NCBI GenBank assembly: GCA_964469155.1
Contig: CAYXXU010000006.1
Span: 7,591-71,590, forward strand
DNA: 64,000 bases
Direction: 5' to 3'
From: an uncultured Bacteroidales bacterium
Lineage (GTDB): Bacteria > Bacteroidota > Bacteroidia > Bacteroidales > CAIWKO01
Part shown: positions 39,511-51,275 of the stretch, piece after piece
How the letters are laid out: each line of letters opens with the position of its first letter
How positions within the stretch are numbered: the first letter of the stretch is position 1
Notes under the pieces: model-generated
Seen by the model: the letters and a program-made list of their open reading frames with translations, nothing else
Told to the model about the DNA's origin: nothing
The model's database searches: none
Position numbers and translations under genes: made by a program

Positions 39511-40125
39511 CTATAGTCTAATCGGCTGTATCCCTTTTTCAAGAGCAAGCAATAAACTCGCTATAGCAAAGTCGTACCCCTCCGCTTTAATAGAAGTCAC
39601 AAACTCCGAATGCGGTCTGCCCTTGCGGTAATCGGGTTCTTTGGCGGGGTGGCGGATGTATTTGGCGATGCTGGCTATATCTTCAGCCACATTGAGCACA
39701 GCATGATAAAACACACGGTTGGGACGGCGGTAGATGGATGAACCCAGTATCTTCTTTTCGCCAATGGCAATATCCGAAATACCCTTTTGTAACAGGTTTT
39801 GAATGCCATTCTCTGCCAAAACGGCAATGATGCTGTCGTTGATCTTGTGGAAATATTCTTTGGGATTTTTCAAAGTTTCGGTAGTGAACGAAATAGCAAT
39901 GACGATGGTATTCGGCGTCAGGATTACCGTTTCGCCTCCCGAAGGTCGTTTCATCACGGCAACTCCACCGGCCCGAACAGCTTCCATATCCAGCGATGTC
40001 TCTGCTTTATTGCTCTGGCCCAGCACCAGGTAGGTTTTATCGGGCTGCCAAACGCAAACTGAAACCGCTGAATCGGAATCGATGATATCCAGATCAGGCA
40101 GAGTATATTTTTGAACTTCGAACAT
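39511..40125 (-). CDS. Lipoate-protein ligase / BPL-LplA family catalytic domain protein
   Basis: KRPSGGETV, GISDI..GEKKILGSS, YHAVL. Confidence 0.85.
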   Translation of the reverse strand: MFEVQKYTLPDLDIIDSDSAVSVCVWQPDKTYLVLGQSNKAETSLDMEAVRAGGVAVMKRPSGGETVILTPNTIVIAISFTTETLKNPKEYFHKINDSIIAVLAENGIQNLLQKGISDIAIGEKKILGSSIYRRPNRVFYHAVLNVAEDIASIAKYIRHPAKEPDYRKGRPHSEFVTSIKAEGYDFAIASLLLALEKGIQPIRL

Positions 40126-40287
40126 TAAGCTATTTTAAGAAAAAACCACGGAGACACTGAGGACACGAAGTTGCACGGAGATATTTATCATTATAACAAT
40201 ATGACAATTTAGCCCTATACACAAAATTTTGTGCCCCTACATCATCATTCGTTATTCACTATTCGTTATTCGTTATTCACTATTCAC

Positions 40288-40494
40288 TTACTTATGAATA
40301 GCTCTGTCCACCGCTTCAAACCCGGCTTCCATAAATATTTCCGAAACGGTAGGGTGGGCATGAATGGTTTGCGAAATATCAAAAATGGTACCCTCGATCT
40401 GCATATAGGCAGCGGCTTCGGCAATCATATCGGTGGCGTGGTCGGCAATGATCTGCACGCCCAGCACCTGCCCGAACTGCTTGTCGGAAAACAT
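40288..40494 (-). pseudogene. lpdA: C-terminal fragment of dihydrolipoamide dehydrogenase
   Basis: GQVLGVQII..HATDMIAEA..IHAHPTVSE (HPTxxE dimerisation motif); in-frame stop immediately upstream, FAD/NAD domains absent. Confidence 0.8.
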
Positions 40495-40714
40495 TCAGCA
40501 AAAAAATGCTGGTGGTTAAATAAAAATTACGACTGCTTCTGAAAATGCAATAATATCAAATAAAAGATGGGAAGACTGCCTTCATCCGTCAGCCGACGGA
40601 TGTGTTCCCCTTGTTTAACCCATAAAACAAAAAATGCGAAGCCCAACACTTCGCATCTTTTATTACATCCTAAACCTTACTTCGGTCTCCGGTCTTCCGT
40701 CTTCGGTCTTCCTC

Positions 40715-41803
40715 TCATCCCTTATAAAACGGAAACTTAACCACCTTTGCCTTGATCAGCTTCTCGCGTATCTTCACATAGATCTCGGTGTCGACTTTAG
40801 CAAAAGCAGTTTTCACATAGCCCATGCCAATGTTTATTCCCAACGAAGGAGCCATGGTGCCTGAGGTAACTTCGCCTATCAGGTTGCCTTCGGCATCGCA
40901 AATCTCGTAATAATGGCGGGGAATGCCGCGGTCTATCATTTCGAAACCCACCAGGCGGCGCGTAGTACCTTCGGTTTTGTGTTTCAGGTTGAGTTCCTTG
41001 TCAATAAAATTCTTTTCTTCGGTAAATTTGGTAATCCAGCCCAGCCCAGCTTCAATGGGCGAGATGGTATCGTTTATGTCGTTGCCATAGAGGCAGAAAC
41101 CCATTTCCAAACGCAAAGTATCGCGGGCGGCCAGGCCTATGGGTTTGATGCCGTATTCTTTTCCGGCTTCCATCACGGCTTTCCACATCACTTCGGCGTA
41201 TTCATTAGGGAAATAAATTTCGCAACCACCCGAACCCGTATAACCGGTGGTAGAGAACAATACATTGTCCACTCCGGCAAACTTCAGCACTTTAAAGGTA
41301 TAATATTCCATATCGGTTACCGTGGTATCGGTGAGTTTCTGCATGGCTTTCAAAGCCAAAGGACCCTGAATGGCTAATTGAGAGGTCTCGTCCGAAGCAT
41401 TGGTCAGCTTCACACCGAAAGTATTGTTTTGGTTCACCCAGGCCCAGTCTTTGTCGATATTGGCAGCATTAACTACCAGCAGGAATTTTTCAGGACCAAA
41501 GCGATACACCAGCAGATCGTCCACAATGCCACCCTTTCCGTTGGGGAAGCAAGAATACTGTATCTTGCCGTCCCATAGCTTGGAGGCATCATTCGAGGTT
41601 ACATACTGAACAAAATCCAGAGCCTTTGAACCTTCTACCCAAAACTCCCCCATGTGCGACACATCGAAAACGCCCAGTGCCTTACGCACAGTTTCGTGTT
41701 CAATAATTAATCCTTCGTATTGAATCGGCATATAAAATCCGGCGAATTCAACCATTTTTGCTCCGTTTGCTTCGTGAATGCTGCGAAATGCTGTACTTTT
41801 CAT
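40715..41803 (-). CDS. gcvT: Glycine cleavage system aminomethyltransferase T
   Basis: [43 protein letters not shown]. Confidence 0.96.
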   Translation of the reverse strand: MKSTAFRSIHEANGAKMVEFAGFYMPIQYEGLIIEHETVRKALGVFDVSHMGEFWVEGSKALDFVQYVTSNDASKLWDGKIQYSCFPNGKGGIVDDLLVYRFGPEKFLLVVNAANIDKDWAWVNQNNTFGVKLTNASDETSQLAIQGPLALKAMQKLTDTTVTDMEYYTFKVLKFAGVDNVLFSTTGYTGSGGCEIYFPNEYAEVMWKAVMEAGKEYGIKPIGLAARDTLRLEMGFCLYGNDINDTISPIEAGLGWITKFTEEKNFIDKELNLKHKTEGTTRRLVGFEMIDRGIPRHYYEICDAEGNLIGEVTSGTMAPSLGINIGMGYVKTAFAKVDTEIYVKIREKLIKAKVVKFPFYKG

Positions 41804-42081
41804 TGTAATTGTTTTTTTGAATATTATTGTTTCCGTTTTATCTTTTAATTCATCTAAAAGTATCGTGGCAAAAGTAAAAATAAAATTCAGACGAGGCCTG
41901 AAATCACGAAAAAATTAGATTTGTTTTGGTGTCCAGCAGGTAGCGCAGAAAATGGCAGAACTAAAACTCGTATTTAATATCTGCGTAAATCTGCGAGATC
42001 TGCGGGAAAAGCATCCCATATCGAAATTACTATGGATATAAAATTTATTTTATCTTTGATGTCGGTTTTATTATTCGCTAT

Positions 42082-43962
42082 ATGATATTTTCAAAATTGA
42101 ACATTCCTCGCTGGCTCATCCTGCTGATCGATATTGCAATTTGTGCATTTTCGATACTGCTGGCGTATATGCTTCGTTTTAATTTTAGTCTGCCCCTGAA
42201 AGATGCCAATGCCCTGCCCCTGGTTCTGGCTTATGTGGTGGTAATTCGTACCATCAGTTTTTTGGTGGCAAAAACCTACGTGGGCATCATACAATATACC
42301 AGTACCGGCGATGCCATCAGGATAGTTATAGTAACTGCGGCCGGCACCCTGTTCTTTGTGCTAACCGACCTGGTTTCGTATTATTTTTTCGGTAAGATCA
42401 ATTTTATACCTTATTCTATCATCATCATCGATTTTATCACCACCACTTTCATCCTGGCCTCGTTTCGCATACTGGTAAAAATAACCTACCTGGAGATCAA
42501 TAACCCTTCGAGCAAGAAGACCAATGTGCTGATATACGGTGCAGGCGAAAGCGGATTGATAGCCAAGCGTTCCCTCGACCGCGATGCGGGAACCAAGTAT
42601 AAGGTATTGGGATTTATTGATGACAACCCGAAAAAGAATGGAATGAAGATAGAAGACGTACCCATCTACAGTGCCGATAAGCTTGAAAAACTGCTTCAGG
42701 ATAACGCCATAGAGCATCTCATCATATCTATTCAGAATATAAAGCCGGCCAAGAAACAGGAGATTATTGAGCAATGCCTTGCCTATAATACCAAAGTGCT
42801 GAATGTTCCTCCCGTTAGTAAATGGATCAATGGTGAACTCAGCTTTAAACAGATCAAAAAGATCAATATCGAAGACCTGTTGGAACGTGAAGAAATCAAA
42901 CTCGACGAAAAACGCATCAGCCAGGATCTCCGCGGGAAATGTGTTTTGGTAACAGGCGCTGCCGGTTCCATTGGCAGCGAATTGGTGCGGCAGATAGCAA
43001 GGTTTTCGCCTGCCAGGATCATTCTTATCGACCAGGCCGAATCCCCTTTGTATCATTTGGAGCTGGAGCTGGCTGAAAAATTCCGCAACGTTCCTTTCGA
43101 AATCATTATATGCGATGTCACCAATCCTGTCAGGATGCGTAAGATCATCGAAACCTTTCATCCTCAGATCATTTATCATGCGGCTGCCTACAAGCATGTG
43201 CCCATGATGGAGAACAATCCGGTGGAAGCCGTTCACACCAATGTGCAGGGTACTAAAACAGTGGCCGATTTGGCGGTTCAATATAAGGTGGATAAATTCG
43301 TGATGGTATCAACCGATAAGGCCGTAAATCCTACCAATGTGATGGGAGCCAGCAAACGAATTGCCGAAATGTATACCCAATCATTAAATCAGAAGAATAG
43401 TACCCGTTTTATTACCACCCGTTTCGGGAATGTGCTCGGATCTAATGGTTCGGTGATCCCATTGTTCCGCGAACAGATTGAAAAGGGTGGCCCGGTTACT
43501 ATTACCGATGCGGAGGTAACCCGCTATTTTATGACCATCCCCGAAGCCTGCCAATTGGTGCTCGAAGCAGGGGCATTTGGCAACGGGGGTGAGATACTGA
43601 TCTTTGATATGGGCAAATCGGTTAAGATACTCGATCTGGCCAAAAAAATGATCAAACTCTCGCGCCTGACCCTGGGGAAAGACATTCAGATCACCTACAC
43701 AGGCCTGCGTCCAGGCGAGAAGCTCTATGAAGAATTATTAAATGATTCGGAGAACACCCTGCCTACCCATAACCCCCAGATCATGATCGCCAAGGTTGAT
43801 ACACCCGATTCAAAGCAAATATCCACCTCGGTCGACGAACTGATCTCCTTGTTGAACTTACATGACAATATGCTGCTGGTAAAGAAAATGAAAGAAATGG
43901 TCCCCGAATTTAAAAGCCAGAATTCTGTTTATACAACATTGGATGAGAAGCCAATAAATTAG
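42082..43962 (+). CDS. CapD/PglF-type nucleoside-diphosphate sugar 4,6-dehydratase (polysaccharide biosynthesis protein)
   Basis: N-terminal TMs, GAAGSIGSE, HAAAYKHVP, STDKAVNPTNVMGASKR, RFGNVLGSNGSV, GLRPGEKLYEEL. Confidence 0.93.
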   Translation: MIFSKLNIPRWLILLIDIAICAFSILLAYMLRFNFSLPLKDANALPLVLAYVVVIRTISFLVAKTYVGIIQYTSTGDAIRIVIVTAAGTLFFVLTDLVSYYFFGKINFIPYSIIIIDFITTTFILASFRILVKITYLEINNPSSKKTNVLIYGAGESGLIAKRSLDRDAGTKYKVLGFIDDNPKKNGMKIEDVPIYSADKLEKLLQDNAIEHLIISIQNIKPAKKQEIIEQCLAYNTKVLNVPPVSKWINGELSFKQIKKINIEDLLEREEIKLDEKRISQDLRGKCVLVTGAAGSIGSELVRQIARFSPARIILIDQAESPLYHLELELAEKFRNVPFEIIICDVTNPVRMRKIIETFHPQIIYHAAAYKHVPMMENNPVEAVHTNVQGTKTVADLAVQYKVDKFVMVSTDKAVNPTNVMGASKRIAEMYTQSLNQKNSTRFITTRFGNVLGSNGSVIPLFREQIEKGGPVTITDAEVTRYFMTIPEACQLVLEAGAFGNGGEILIFDMGKSVKILDLAKKMIKLSRLTLGKDIQITYTGLRPGEKLYEELLNDSENTLPTHNPQIMIAKVDTPDSKQISTSVDELISLLNLHDNMLLVKKMKEMVPEFKSQNSVYTTLDEKPIN

Positions 43963-43977
43963 CATAAATTTTCGGTA

Positions 43978-45792
43978 TTATCCGATCAGTACATTGGCAT
44001 TTGGGTAGGTATAATTGTTCGATCCTTTTCTCCTGATTAATAATAATGCCAGGGTAAGAGGACCAATACGGCCAATAAACATTGAAGTAATGATTATGTA
44101 CTTCCCCGCTTCGCTCAGATCGGCTGTAATGCCTGTCGACAATCCCACGGTTCCGAAAGCAGAGGTTTCTTCAAACAACAGGCTCAGAAAAGGCACGTCG
44201 GGTTCGGTAATAGTCAGCAGGAAGGCCGATCCCAGTATTAAAACAATGGCGAAAAGCAACAAGGAATAGGCTCTGTCAATACATTCATAGGAAATAGTGC
44301 TTTTATAGATTTCTATGTGTTTTTTCCCCCTTAAGGTGGTTATGGCCGATTTAAACAAAAGAGCGAAAGTGGTGGTTTTTATACCACCGCCGGTTGAACC
44401 CGGCGAAGCACCGATAAACATCAGCATGATCATGATAATGAGAATGGGTTGCCCTAACTGTGTAAAGTCGACCGTATTATACCCAGCGGTTCGTGTGGTG
44501 ACCGATTGAAAGATGGAAGAAACAATAGAACCGATAACACTTGATTGGTCGACCGTATTGTCATATTCCAGGATATAGAATAACAAGGCGCCAACAAAAA
44601 CCAGAATTAAGGAGGTATACAAGGAAAGCTTTGAATTCACTCTGAGTTTTTTCCAGGGGTATTTTAATCTTTCCAGGATAGATTTTGGCGCAAATATATC
44701 ATGCATTACAGAAAAACCTAAACCCCCGAAGAAAATCAAAGAGGCAATGGTCAATTGCAGCCCATAAAGATGCCTCACCGATTCTTCATAAAGATTGTCG
44801 GTAAATAAAGCAAAACCGGCATTATTAAAAGAAGAAACGGTATGGAAAACGGAAAAAAATATCTTCTGTCTGAGGTTGCTGAATTCAACGGAATCACCCC
44901 ATTGGAAAAAGAGTGTTATTGCACCTATCGCCTCCATGATAAAACTAAAAAGTATGATATCCCATAATAAGCGGCGGTTTTCCGAAACTTTATCAGTAGA
45001 AAGAAGGTCTTTCATTAAAGATTGGTATTTTAATCCACTCGACTTATAAAAGGTGGCAAAGTAAGTGGCGAAAGTAATAATATTCAAACCACCCAATTGA
45101 ATCAGTATCATGATGATGATCTTGCCTTTCATTGTGAAAAAAGTGGCCGTATCAACCACAATCAGACCTGTTACACAAGATGCACTGCATGAAGTGAAAA
45201 GAGCATCAATAAAGCGAATATTATGATCAACGGTCATTTCGGGCAGCATTAATAATCCTGCCCCTGAAAAGATAAGAATGATAAAAGATAAGGCCAGCAA
45301 TGCTGAAGGGCCCATGTTAAGCAACCCTATTCTTTGGCTGGCTTTGGCAACATCCAACAGAAAAATTGTGAAAAAGATCAATTGAATGATAAGTATTGAC
45401 AGAGAGCTTACAAAGAATACCCCGTTAAATTCCGGATCGGTAGTATAGAATGAAACCCCCAAAGCTTCGACAAGAATCCCACCGATAATAAGAATCACCA
45501 TCAACAAGGCTTCGAAATAATTCTGCTTAATAAATTCTACCGGTGAAAATTCGTAAAATATCCGGAATAAAAACCTGAAAATATAAAAAACAAAACTGAT
45601 CCTGATAATCAGTTGGCAATAGTAAATGCTAGTTGCAGTTTTTTCAAATCCATAATAATAAATAATACTGCCAATAGCAATAAAGGAAACGATAAATGTA
45701 AGAATCTTAATAGTGAAGAGTGCCGGTGATTTACTGGCATATATTCTCAGATTCAGATACTCTCTGATCTTGTTAATCCTGCTGATAGACAT
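43978..45792 (-). CDS. ktrB: KtrB/TrkH potassium uptake membrane subunit
   Basis: SASCVTGL, SSFNNAGF, TRTAGY, GSTGGGIK, SAFGTVGLS pore signatures. Confidence 0.92.
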   Translation of the reverse strand: MSISRINKIREYLNLRIYASKSPALFTIKILTFIVSFIAIGSIIYYYGFEKTATSIYYCQLIIRISFVFYIFRFLFRIFYEFSPVEFIKQNYFEALLMVILIIGGILVEALGVSFYTTDPEFNGVFFVSSLSILIIQLIFFTIFLLDVAKASQRIGLLNMGPSALLALSFIILIFSGAGLLMLPEMTVDHNIRFIDALFTSCSASCVTGLIVVDTATFFTMKGKIIIMILIQLGGLNIITFATYFATFYKSSGLKYQSLMKDLLSTDKVSENRRLLWDIILFSFIMEAIGAITLFFQWGDSVEFSNLRQKIFFSVFHTVSSFNNAGFALFTDNLYEESVRHLYGLQLTIASLIFFGGLGFSVMHDIFAPKSILERLKYPWKKLRVNSKLSLYTSLILVFVGALLFYILEYDNTVDQSSVIGSIVSSIFQSVTTRTAGYNTVDFTQLGQPILIIMIMLMFIGASPGSTGGGIKTTTFALLFKSAITTLRGKKHIEIYKSTISYECIDRAYSLLLFAIVLILGSAFLLTITEPDVPFLSLLFEETSAFGTVGLSTGITADLSEAGKYIIITSMFIGRIGPLTLALLLIRRKGSNNYTYPNANVLIG

Positions 45793-45802
45793 CTTGCAGA
45801 AA

Positions 45803-46498
45803 TTATTGATTGATATTTATAAATCTTTCAATATCGTGATTTTTCCCAAAAACAACAAGAGTGTCAGTGGGCATTATAATCGTTTTTGAATTGGGAACAC
45901 CTTCAATATGCTGTTCAATCACACTTTCGTCTTTCACTTTAATTTCAATTTCCTGTTTAATGGTAATTAAACTCAACTTGTACTTATCGCGCAAATCTAT
46001 TTCCTCGAGGGTCCGGTTTGCAATACCATCCGGTGTTTTTAATTCTGCAATTCTATACTCATCGGGGAATTGCAGATAAGAAACAATGCTTGGATTTCGC
46101 AGACGCTCAGCTACAATAATTCCTATCTCATATTCGGGAGAGAGAATTTCTTTGATGCCTATTTTTTCAAGAATGTAACGTTGATTTCGGCCGTTAGCTC
46201 TCGAAATGATTCGTTTTACACCCAGATCCTGCAAGGTAACGCTACATAGCAATACTTTTTCAAAATCCTGACCAATGGCAACCACCACAGCATCAAAATC
46301 ATTAATATCCTGCGAAAGCAATGCTTTTTTGTCTGTCGCATCCAAAACAACTGCCAGTGCAACATGTTCGGCAATATCATCAATTACTTCCGGGTCGGTA
46401 TCCAGAGCCATTACTTCCGCACCTTTTTGCGAAAGAGCTTTGGCAATAGCTCTTCCAAATTGTCCAATACCAATAACTGCGTATTTTTTCGATTTCAT
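45803..46498 (-). CDS. ktrA: KtrA/TrkA potassium uptake regulatory subunit
   Basis: VIGIGQFG Rossmann motif, RCK_N and RCK_C domains. Confidence 0.92.
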   Translation of the reverse strand: MKSKKYAVIGIGQFGRAIAKALSQKGAEVMALDTDPEVIDDIAEHVALAVVLDATDKKALLSQDINDFDAVVVAIGQDFEKVLLCSVTLQDLGVKRIISRANGRNQRYILEKIGIKEILSPEYEIGIIVAERLRNPSIVSYLQFPDEYRIAELKTPDGIANRTLEEIDLRDKYKLSLITIKQEIEIKVKDESVIEQHIEGVPNSKTIIMPTDTLVVFGKNHDIERFININQ

Positions 46499-46630
46499 TT
46501 TTTCGATAAATTAAATAACCTGCAAATATATAGCCTGAAAGGTCAATATTTACAAAACAGTGATTTTTTTTTGAACTATTGTGTCAAAATTTTTAACAAC
46601 AAGAAAATTGAGTATACAGACCGCAAATGA

Positions 46631-47827
46631 TCAGGAAGGTTGAAGTACTTTGTTTACCAAATCGGCAGCATCTTGTAACAGTATGGCAGAATAAACTTTA
46701 AGCCCCGATTTATCTATGATTTCTTTTGCTTCAACTGCGTTGGTACCCTGAAGACGTACAATAATGGGGACTTTGATTTCGCCTATCTCTTTGTAAGCAT
46801 CTACAATGCCGTTAGCAACCCGGTCGCAACGGACTATACCACCGAAAATATTTACCAATATAGCTTTTACGTTCGGATCGCTGAGAATAATGCGAAAAGC
46901 TTCTTCAACACGTTTCGCATTGGCAGTTCCGCCGACATCCAGGAAATTGGCAGGCGAACCTCCGGAGAGTTTAATAATATCCATAGTGGCCATGGCAAGG
47001 CCGGCGCCATTGACCATACAACCTACATTGCCTTCCAGCTTCACGAAATTCAATCCGAATTTCCCGGCTTCCACTTCAGTGGGATCTTCTTCATTCAGAT
47101 CGCGCATTTCGGCAATATCAGGATGGCGGTAGAGTGCATTGTTATCTATTACCATTTTGCCATCAGCAGCAAAAATTTTGTTATCTGATGCTTTGATCAC
47201 CGGATTGATCTCCAATAAGGAAGCATCACATCCCAGGTAAGCCTTGTAGAGGCTGTTAATGAAAGGGAGCATATTTTTAAAAGCTTCGTCTTGCAGCCCC
47301 AGGTTAAAAGCTATGCGGCGGCACTGAAAAGGCTGTATGCCAATACCCGGATGAATTTCTTCCTTGAATATCTGTTCAGGAGTCTCTTCCGCAACCTTTT
47401 CAATATCCATGCCTCCACGCGGGGAATACATAATGATATTGCGGCCATTCTGGCGGTTCAACAATATGCTGACGTAGAATTCGAGTATCTTTTCAGGTCC
47501 GTCGTAATAAATGTTTTGCTCAATAAGTACCTTGTGCACTTTTTTCCCCTCAGCCTTGGTCTGTGGTGTGATCAGTTGCATACCCAAAATGCTTTCTGAA
47601 AGTTCAAATACATCGTCAATGGATTTGGCAATCTTTACACCGCCACCTTTACCACGTCCACCGGCATGTATCTGTGCTTTTACAGCAAATTTTTCTGAAC
47701 CAGAAACTGCTTTTATGTAATTTGCGGCGTTAATGGCTTCATCAGGTGTGATGGCACACTTCCCCTCAGGAACATTTACCTGGTATTGTTTTAGTAATTG
47801 TTTGGCCTGATACTCATGTAGGTTCAT
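46631..47827 (-). CDS. sucC: Succinyl-CoA synthetase beta subunit
   Basis: MNLHEYQAK (true start), KAQIHAGGRGKGGG, NGAGLAMAT, NIFGGIVRCD. Confidence 0.97.
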   Translation of the reverse strand: MNLHEYQAKQLLKQYQVNVPEGKCAITPDEAINAANYIKAVSGSEKFAVKAQIHAGGRGKGGGVKIAKSIDDVFELSESILGMQLITPQTKAEGKKVHKVLIEQNIYYDGPEKILEFYVSILLNRQNGRNIIMYSPRGGMDIEKVAEETPEQIFKEEIHPGIGIQPFQCRRIAFNLGLQDEAFKNMLPFINSLYKAYLGCDASLLEINPVIKASDNKIFAADGKMVIDNNALYRHPDIAEMRDLNEEDPTEVEAGKFGLNFVKLEGNVGCMVNGAGLAMATMDIIKLSGGSPANFLDVGGTANAKRVEEAFRIILSDPNVKAILVNIFGGIVRCDRVANGIVDAYKEIGEIKVPIIVRLQGTNAVEAKEIIDKSGLKVYSAILLQDAADLVNKVLQPS

Positions 47828-48002
47828 CTTGATATTTTTTTCAAAAATAATTAAAAAATTAGTTTCAGAGCATTGATATTTATTAGTGCATCTTTCGCAT
47901 GGGCAATTTGACAAAAATTAAACAGGGGGTAAAACCTTTAAAAAGGAAAATGGTGTCTCCAATAATGGAATTATTTTATATTTTCGCACCCTGAACGGTA
48001 AA

Positions 48003-50453
48003 ATGAAATTTTCTGCTATAATTGTATTACTGCTTCTTTGCATTACTAACATTCATGCACAGAATAAAAAGGCCAGGGCAACCAGGCTCTCATTTCCACC
48101 AGCCATTGATGGAGTTTTGGATGATAATGTTTGGAAGAGCTGCGATACCATTGATGATTTTACCCAGTTTGTTCCTGTATACAATGTCAAACCTTCGCAA
48201 AGGACAGTGGTTCGTATAGGATATGACGACAATGCCATTTATATTGCCGCCATGATGTACGATTCGGCCCCCGATAGCATTCTTCGCGAACTTGGCAGCC
48301 GCGACGACGATCTGAATGCCGATAAGATTTGCGTGCAGTTCGACACCTATAACATGCAAACCGATGCCTATACTTTTATGGTCTATGCCTCGGGAGTGCA
48401 GTTGGATTATCGTATCAACGATGGCACCTACAATGCCGTATGGCAAAGTGCGGTCAATATTTCCAATAAAGGCTGGTCGTGCGAGATGAAGATCAATTAC
48501 TCTGCCTTGAGGTTTCCCAAAGAGAAAGAGCAGAAGTGGGGTATGCAGATCTTCCGGGGCATTCGACGACATCGTGAAGCCGATCAGTGGTCGCTGGAAG
48601 TGAAGGGGCAGTCCAATTTCCTGGTGAATTGGGGTCAGTTGGAGGGGATAAAAGAGGTGAATCCTTCGCTCAGGCTTTCGCTCACACCTTTCATTTCTCT
48701 TTATGGAGATCATTATCCTTATAACGAAACCGGAAAAAGTAATTTTTCCTACTCCTTCAGCGGAGGTCTCGACCTGAAGTATGGTATCAATGAGAGCTAT
48801 ACCCTCGATATTACCCTCTTGCCCGATTTCAGCCAGGTTCAATCAGATTACCCTGTGAAGAATATCACGGCGTTTGAAACGGTGTATGAAGAGTACAGGC
48901 CTTTCTTCAAAGAGGCCATTGATCTTTTCAAGGAAGGAGATCTGTTCTATACCCGCCGCATAGGACGCACTCCGGAACATTATTATGATGTGAACGATTC
49001 TCTCGTACCGGGCGAGGTAATTAAAAAAAACCCCGGGCAGGCCAAGCTGATCAATGCTGTAAAATTCTCAGGCCGAAATAAGAAGGGCACTGCTTTTGGC
49101 CTTTTCAACGGCATCACCAACAATATGTATGCAATCATTGAGGACTCTTCAGGCAACACCCGAAAGATTCTTACGGAACCCCTTACCAATTATAATGTCT
49201 TTGTTTTCGACCAGATTTTAAAGAATAATTCTAAAATTTATCTGGTAAACACCAGTGTGCTGCGTACCAAAAAATATGATGATGCTAATGTTTCGGTGGC
49301 AGGCCTGGTATTGAACGATAAGAAGAACAAATTTCAGGTGTCGGCTCAGGGAGGCATCAGCCTGAAATTTCATACCACCGATGCTTCCTCCCGCGATTTC
49401 GGGAACACATTGGGTTATAAATATTCGTTGTTTGTGGGTAAAGTTAGCGGGAAATTTCAGTGTAATGTTTACCGCAACGAAATGAACCATACCTGGGATG
49501 CCAATGATATGGGACTAACTTTGCAAAACAACCGCACTACCACCGGATTTCAGATGGCATATAATATTTTTGAGCCTTTCTGGAAACTTCGCAATATGTA
49601 CTCAAACATGAGCGTGTATTATATTGAAAATTTCCTGACCAAAAGAGTGGAGGAATTTCAGATAGAACTCAGCAATAATTTTACCACCAATAAATACCTG
49701 ACCATTTGGGAGAGTTTTAGTGTGAGCCCTTTGTTGGTGCACAATTTTGCAGAGACCCGAGTGCCTGGCCGTTATTTTGTGGTTGATCGCTGGTATTATG
49801 CCAATGTGGGCTTTTCATCTGATTATCGCAGGCTTTTCGCTTTGGATATGAGTTCCGATTATTGGCAGGATATCAATGGCGACGGACAGTATTATAGTAT
49901 CAATACCAGCCCTATTTTCCGCCTCAGTAAGAATTTCCTTTGCATACTTTCCAATAACTATAGCGAAAGCTTTAATGATGTCGGATTTGCCGATATGGAT
50001 AATCTGAACAATATTATTTTTGGTAAACGCGATATCACCACGGTAGTGAATCAACTCAAGGCCCGTTATATGTTTAGAAACAATCTCTCGCTGACCCTTA
50101 GCGTCCGACATTATTGGTCGAAAGGACGCTATTCTGAGTTCTACAAACTGAATAACGACGGTATGCTGATTACCGATCCGCTTTATTTTAACGACAGAAA
50201 TCACGATTTCAATTTCAATGCTTTTAATATCGACCTGATGTTTTACTGGGAATTTGCCCCCGGAAGCAGCCTGAATATTACGTATAAGAACAATATAGGG
50301 AAGGACGATGTGGTGGTGAATCCATCATATTTCAGAAATTTTGGCGACATCTTTGCCGAAAAACAGCTAAATTCGCTCTCGATTAAGGTGCTGTATTACC
50401 TCGATTATCAGAATGTGAAGAAGGCCTTGAGGAAAAAGAGAGTTGGGAGTTAG
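48003..50453 (+). CDS. CBM9-like plus DUF5916 outer-membrane protein
   Basis: P.IDG.LDD..W N-domain, GLDLKYG..LD.T..PDFSQV, E.RPFF.E, LFYTRRIG. Confidence 0.85.
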   Translation: MKFSAIIVLLLLCITNIHAQNKKARATRLSFPPAIDGVLDDNVWKSCDTIDDFTQFVPVYNVKPSQRTVVRIGYDDNAIYIAAMMYDSAPDSILRELGSRDDDLNADKICVQFDTYNMQTDAYTFMVYASGVQLDYRINDGTYNAVWQSAVNISNKGWSCEMKINYSALRFPKEKEQKWGMQIFRGIRRHREADQWSLEVKGQSNFLVNWGQLEGIKEVNPSLRLSLTPFISLYGDHYPYNETGKSNFSYSFSGGLDLKYGINESYTLDITLLPDFSQVQSDYPVKNITAFETVYEEYRPFFKEAIDLFKEGDLFYTRRIGRTPEHYYDVNDSLVPGEVIKKNPGQAKLINAVKFSGRNKKGTAFGLFNGITNNMYAIIEDSSGNTRKILTEPLTNYNVFVFDQILKNNSKIYLVNTSVLRTKKYDDANVSVAGLVLNDKKNKFQVSAQGGISLKFHTTDASSRDFGNTLGYKYSLFVGKVSGKFQCNVYRNEMNHTWDANDMGLTLQNNRTTTGFQMAYNIFEPFWKLRNMYSNMSVYYIENFLTKRVEEFQIELSNNFTTNKYLTIWESFSVSPLLVHNFAETRVPGRYFVVDRWYYANVGFSSDYRRLFALDMSSDYWQDINGDGQYYSINTSPIFRLSKNFLCILSNNYSESFNDVGFADMDNLNNIIFGKRDITTVVNQLKARYMFRNNLSLTLSVRHYWSKGRYSEFYKLNNDGMLITDPLYFNDRNHDFNFNAFNIDLMFYWEFAPGSSLNITYKNNIGKDDVVVNPSYFRNFGDIFAEKQLNSLSIKVLYYLDYQNVKKALRKKRVGS

Positions 50454-50582
50454 GAGTTTGGAGTTTGGAGTAAAAAATATTCAATGTTCAATAATCAATG
50501 TTCAACTTCCAATGCTCAAAGAATTTCCTCGCGGCCTTACAGTCTAACAGCCTAAAAGTCTAAAGTCAAAAAGCCTACAAAA

Positions 50583-51236
50583 ATGATAAATGCTCAAAAT
50601 ATTACCAAATCTTACGATTCGCTGATAGTATTGAAAGGAATTGACCTTGTAGTAGCAAAAGGCGAAATTGTGGCTATAGTGGGACCATCCGGCGCAGGAA
50701 AAAGCACCCTGCTGCATATTGTGGGGACACTTGACAGGCCGGACTCCGGTAGTTTAGAGATCAGCGGTGTCAACGTTTCGGTACTGAACGATAAAAAAAT
50801 GGCTGCCTTCCGCAACCGGAACATTGGTTTTGTTTTTCAATTTCACCATCTGCTTCCTGAGTTTACGGCCCTGGAAAACGTTTGCATTCCTGCCTTCATT
50901 GCCCGTCTTTCGAAAAAAGAAGCCGGGCACAAGGCAAAAGAGTTATTGGAATTTCTGGGTTTGCAGGACAGGTTGACGCATAAGCCTTCGCAGCTTTCGG
51001 GTGGCGAGCAGCAGCGCGTGGCCGTGGCCCGCGCCCTGATCAATAATCCGGATGTAATACTGGCCGACGAACCTTCGGGCAATCTTGATTCGGAAAATGC
51101 CAAAGAACTGCACAAACTGTTTTTCGATCTGCGCCGCGAGTTCAATCAGACCTTTATTATTGTTACGCATAATGAAGAATTTGCAGCCATGTCTGATCGC
51201 ACCCTTCACATGCGAGACGGAAATTTCGTGCTTTGA
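50583..51236 (+). CDS. lolD: ABC transporter ATP-binding protein, LolD-like
   Basis: [44 protein letters not shown]. Confidence 0.88.
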   Translation: MINAQNITKSYDSLIVLKGIDLVVAKGEIVAIVGPSGAGKSTLLHIVGTLDRPDSGSLEISGVNVSVLNDKKMAAFRNRNIGFVFQFHHLLPEFTALENVCIPAFIARLSKKEAGHKAKELLEFLGLQDRLTHKPSQLSGGEQQRVAVARALINNPDVILADEPSGNLDSENAKELHKLFFDLRREFNQTFIIVTHNEEFAAMSDRTLHMRDGNFVL

Positions 51237-51275
51237 GCAATTGTGGGATAGTGTAATTTATAGAAATTATGAACC

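Noticed and set aside
41804-42081. Glycine riboswitch upstream of gcvT
   Set aside because: The promoter box at about 41870 leaves a leader of about 60 nt with no aptamer consensus.
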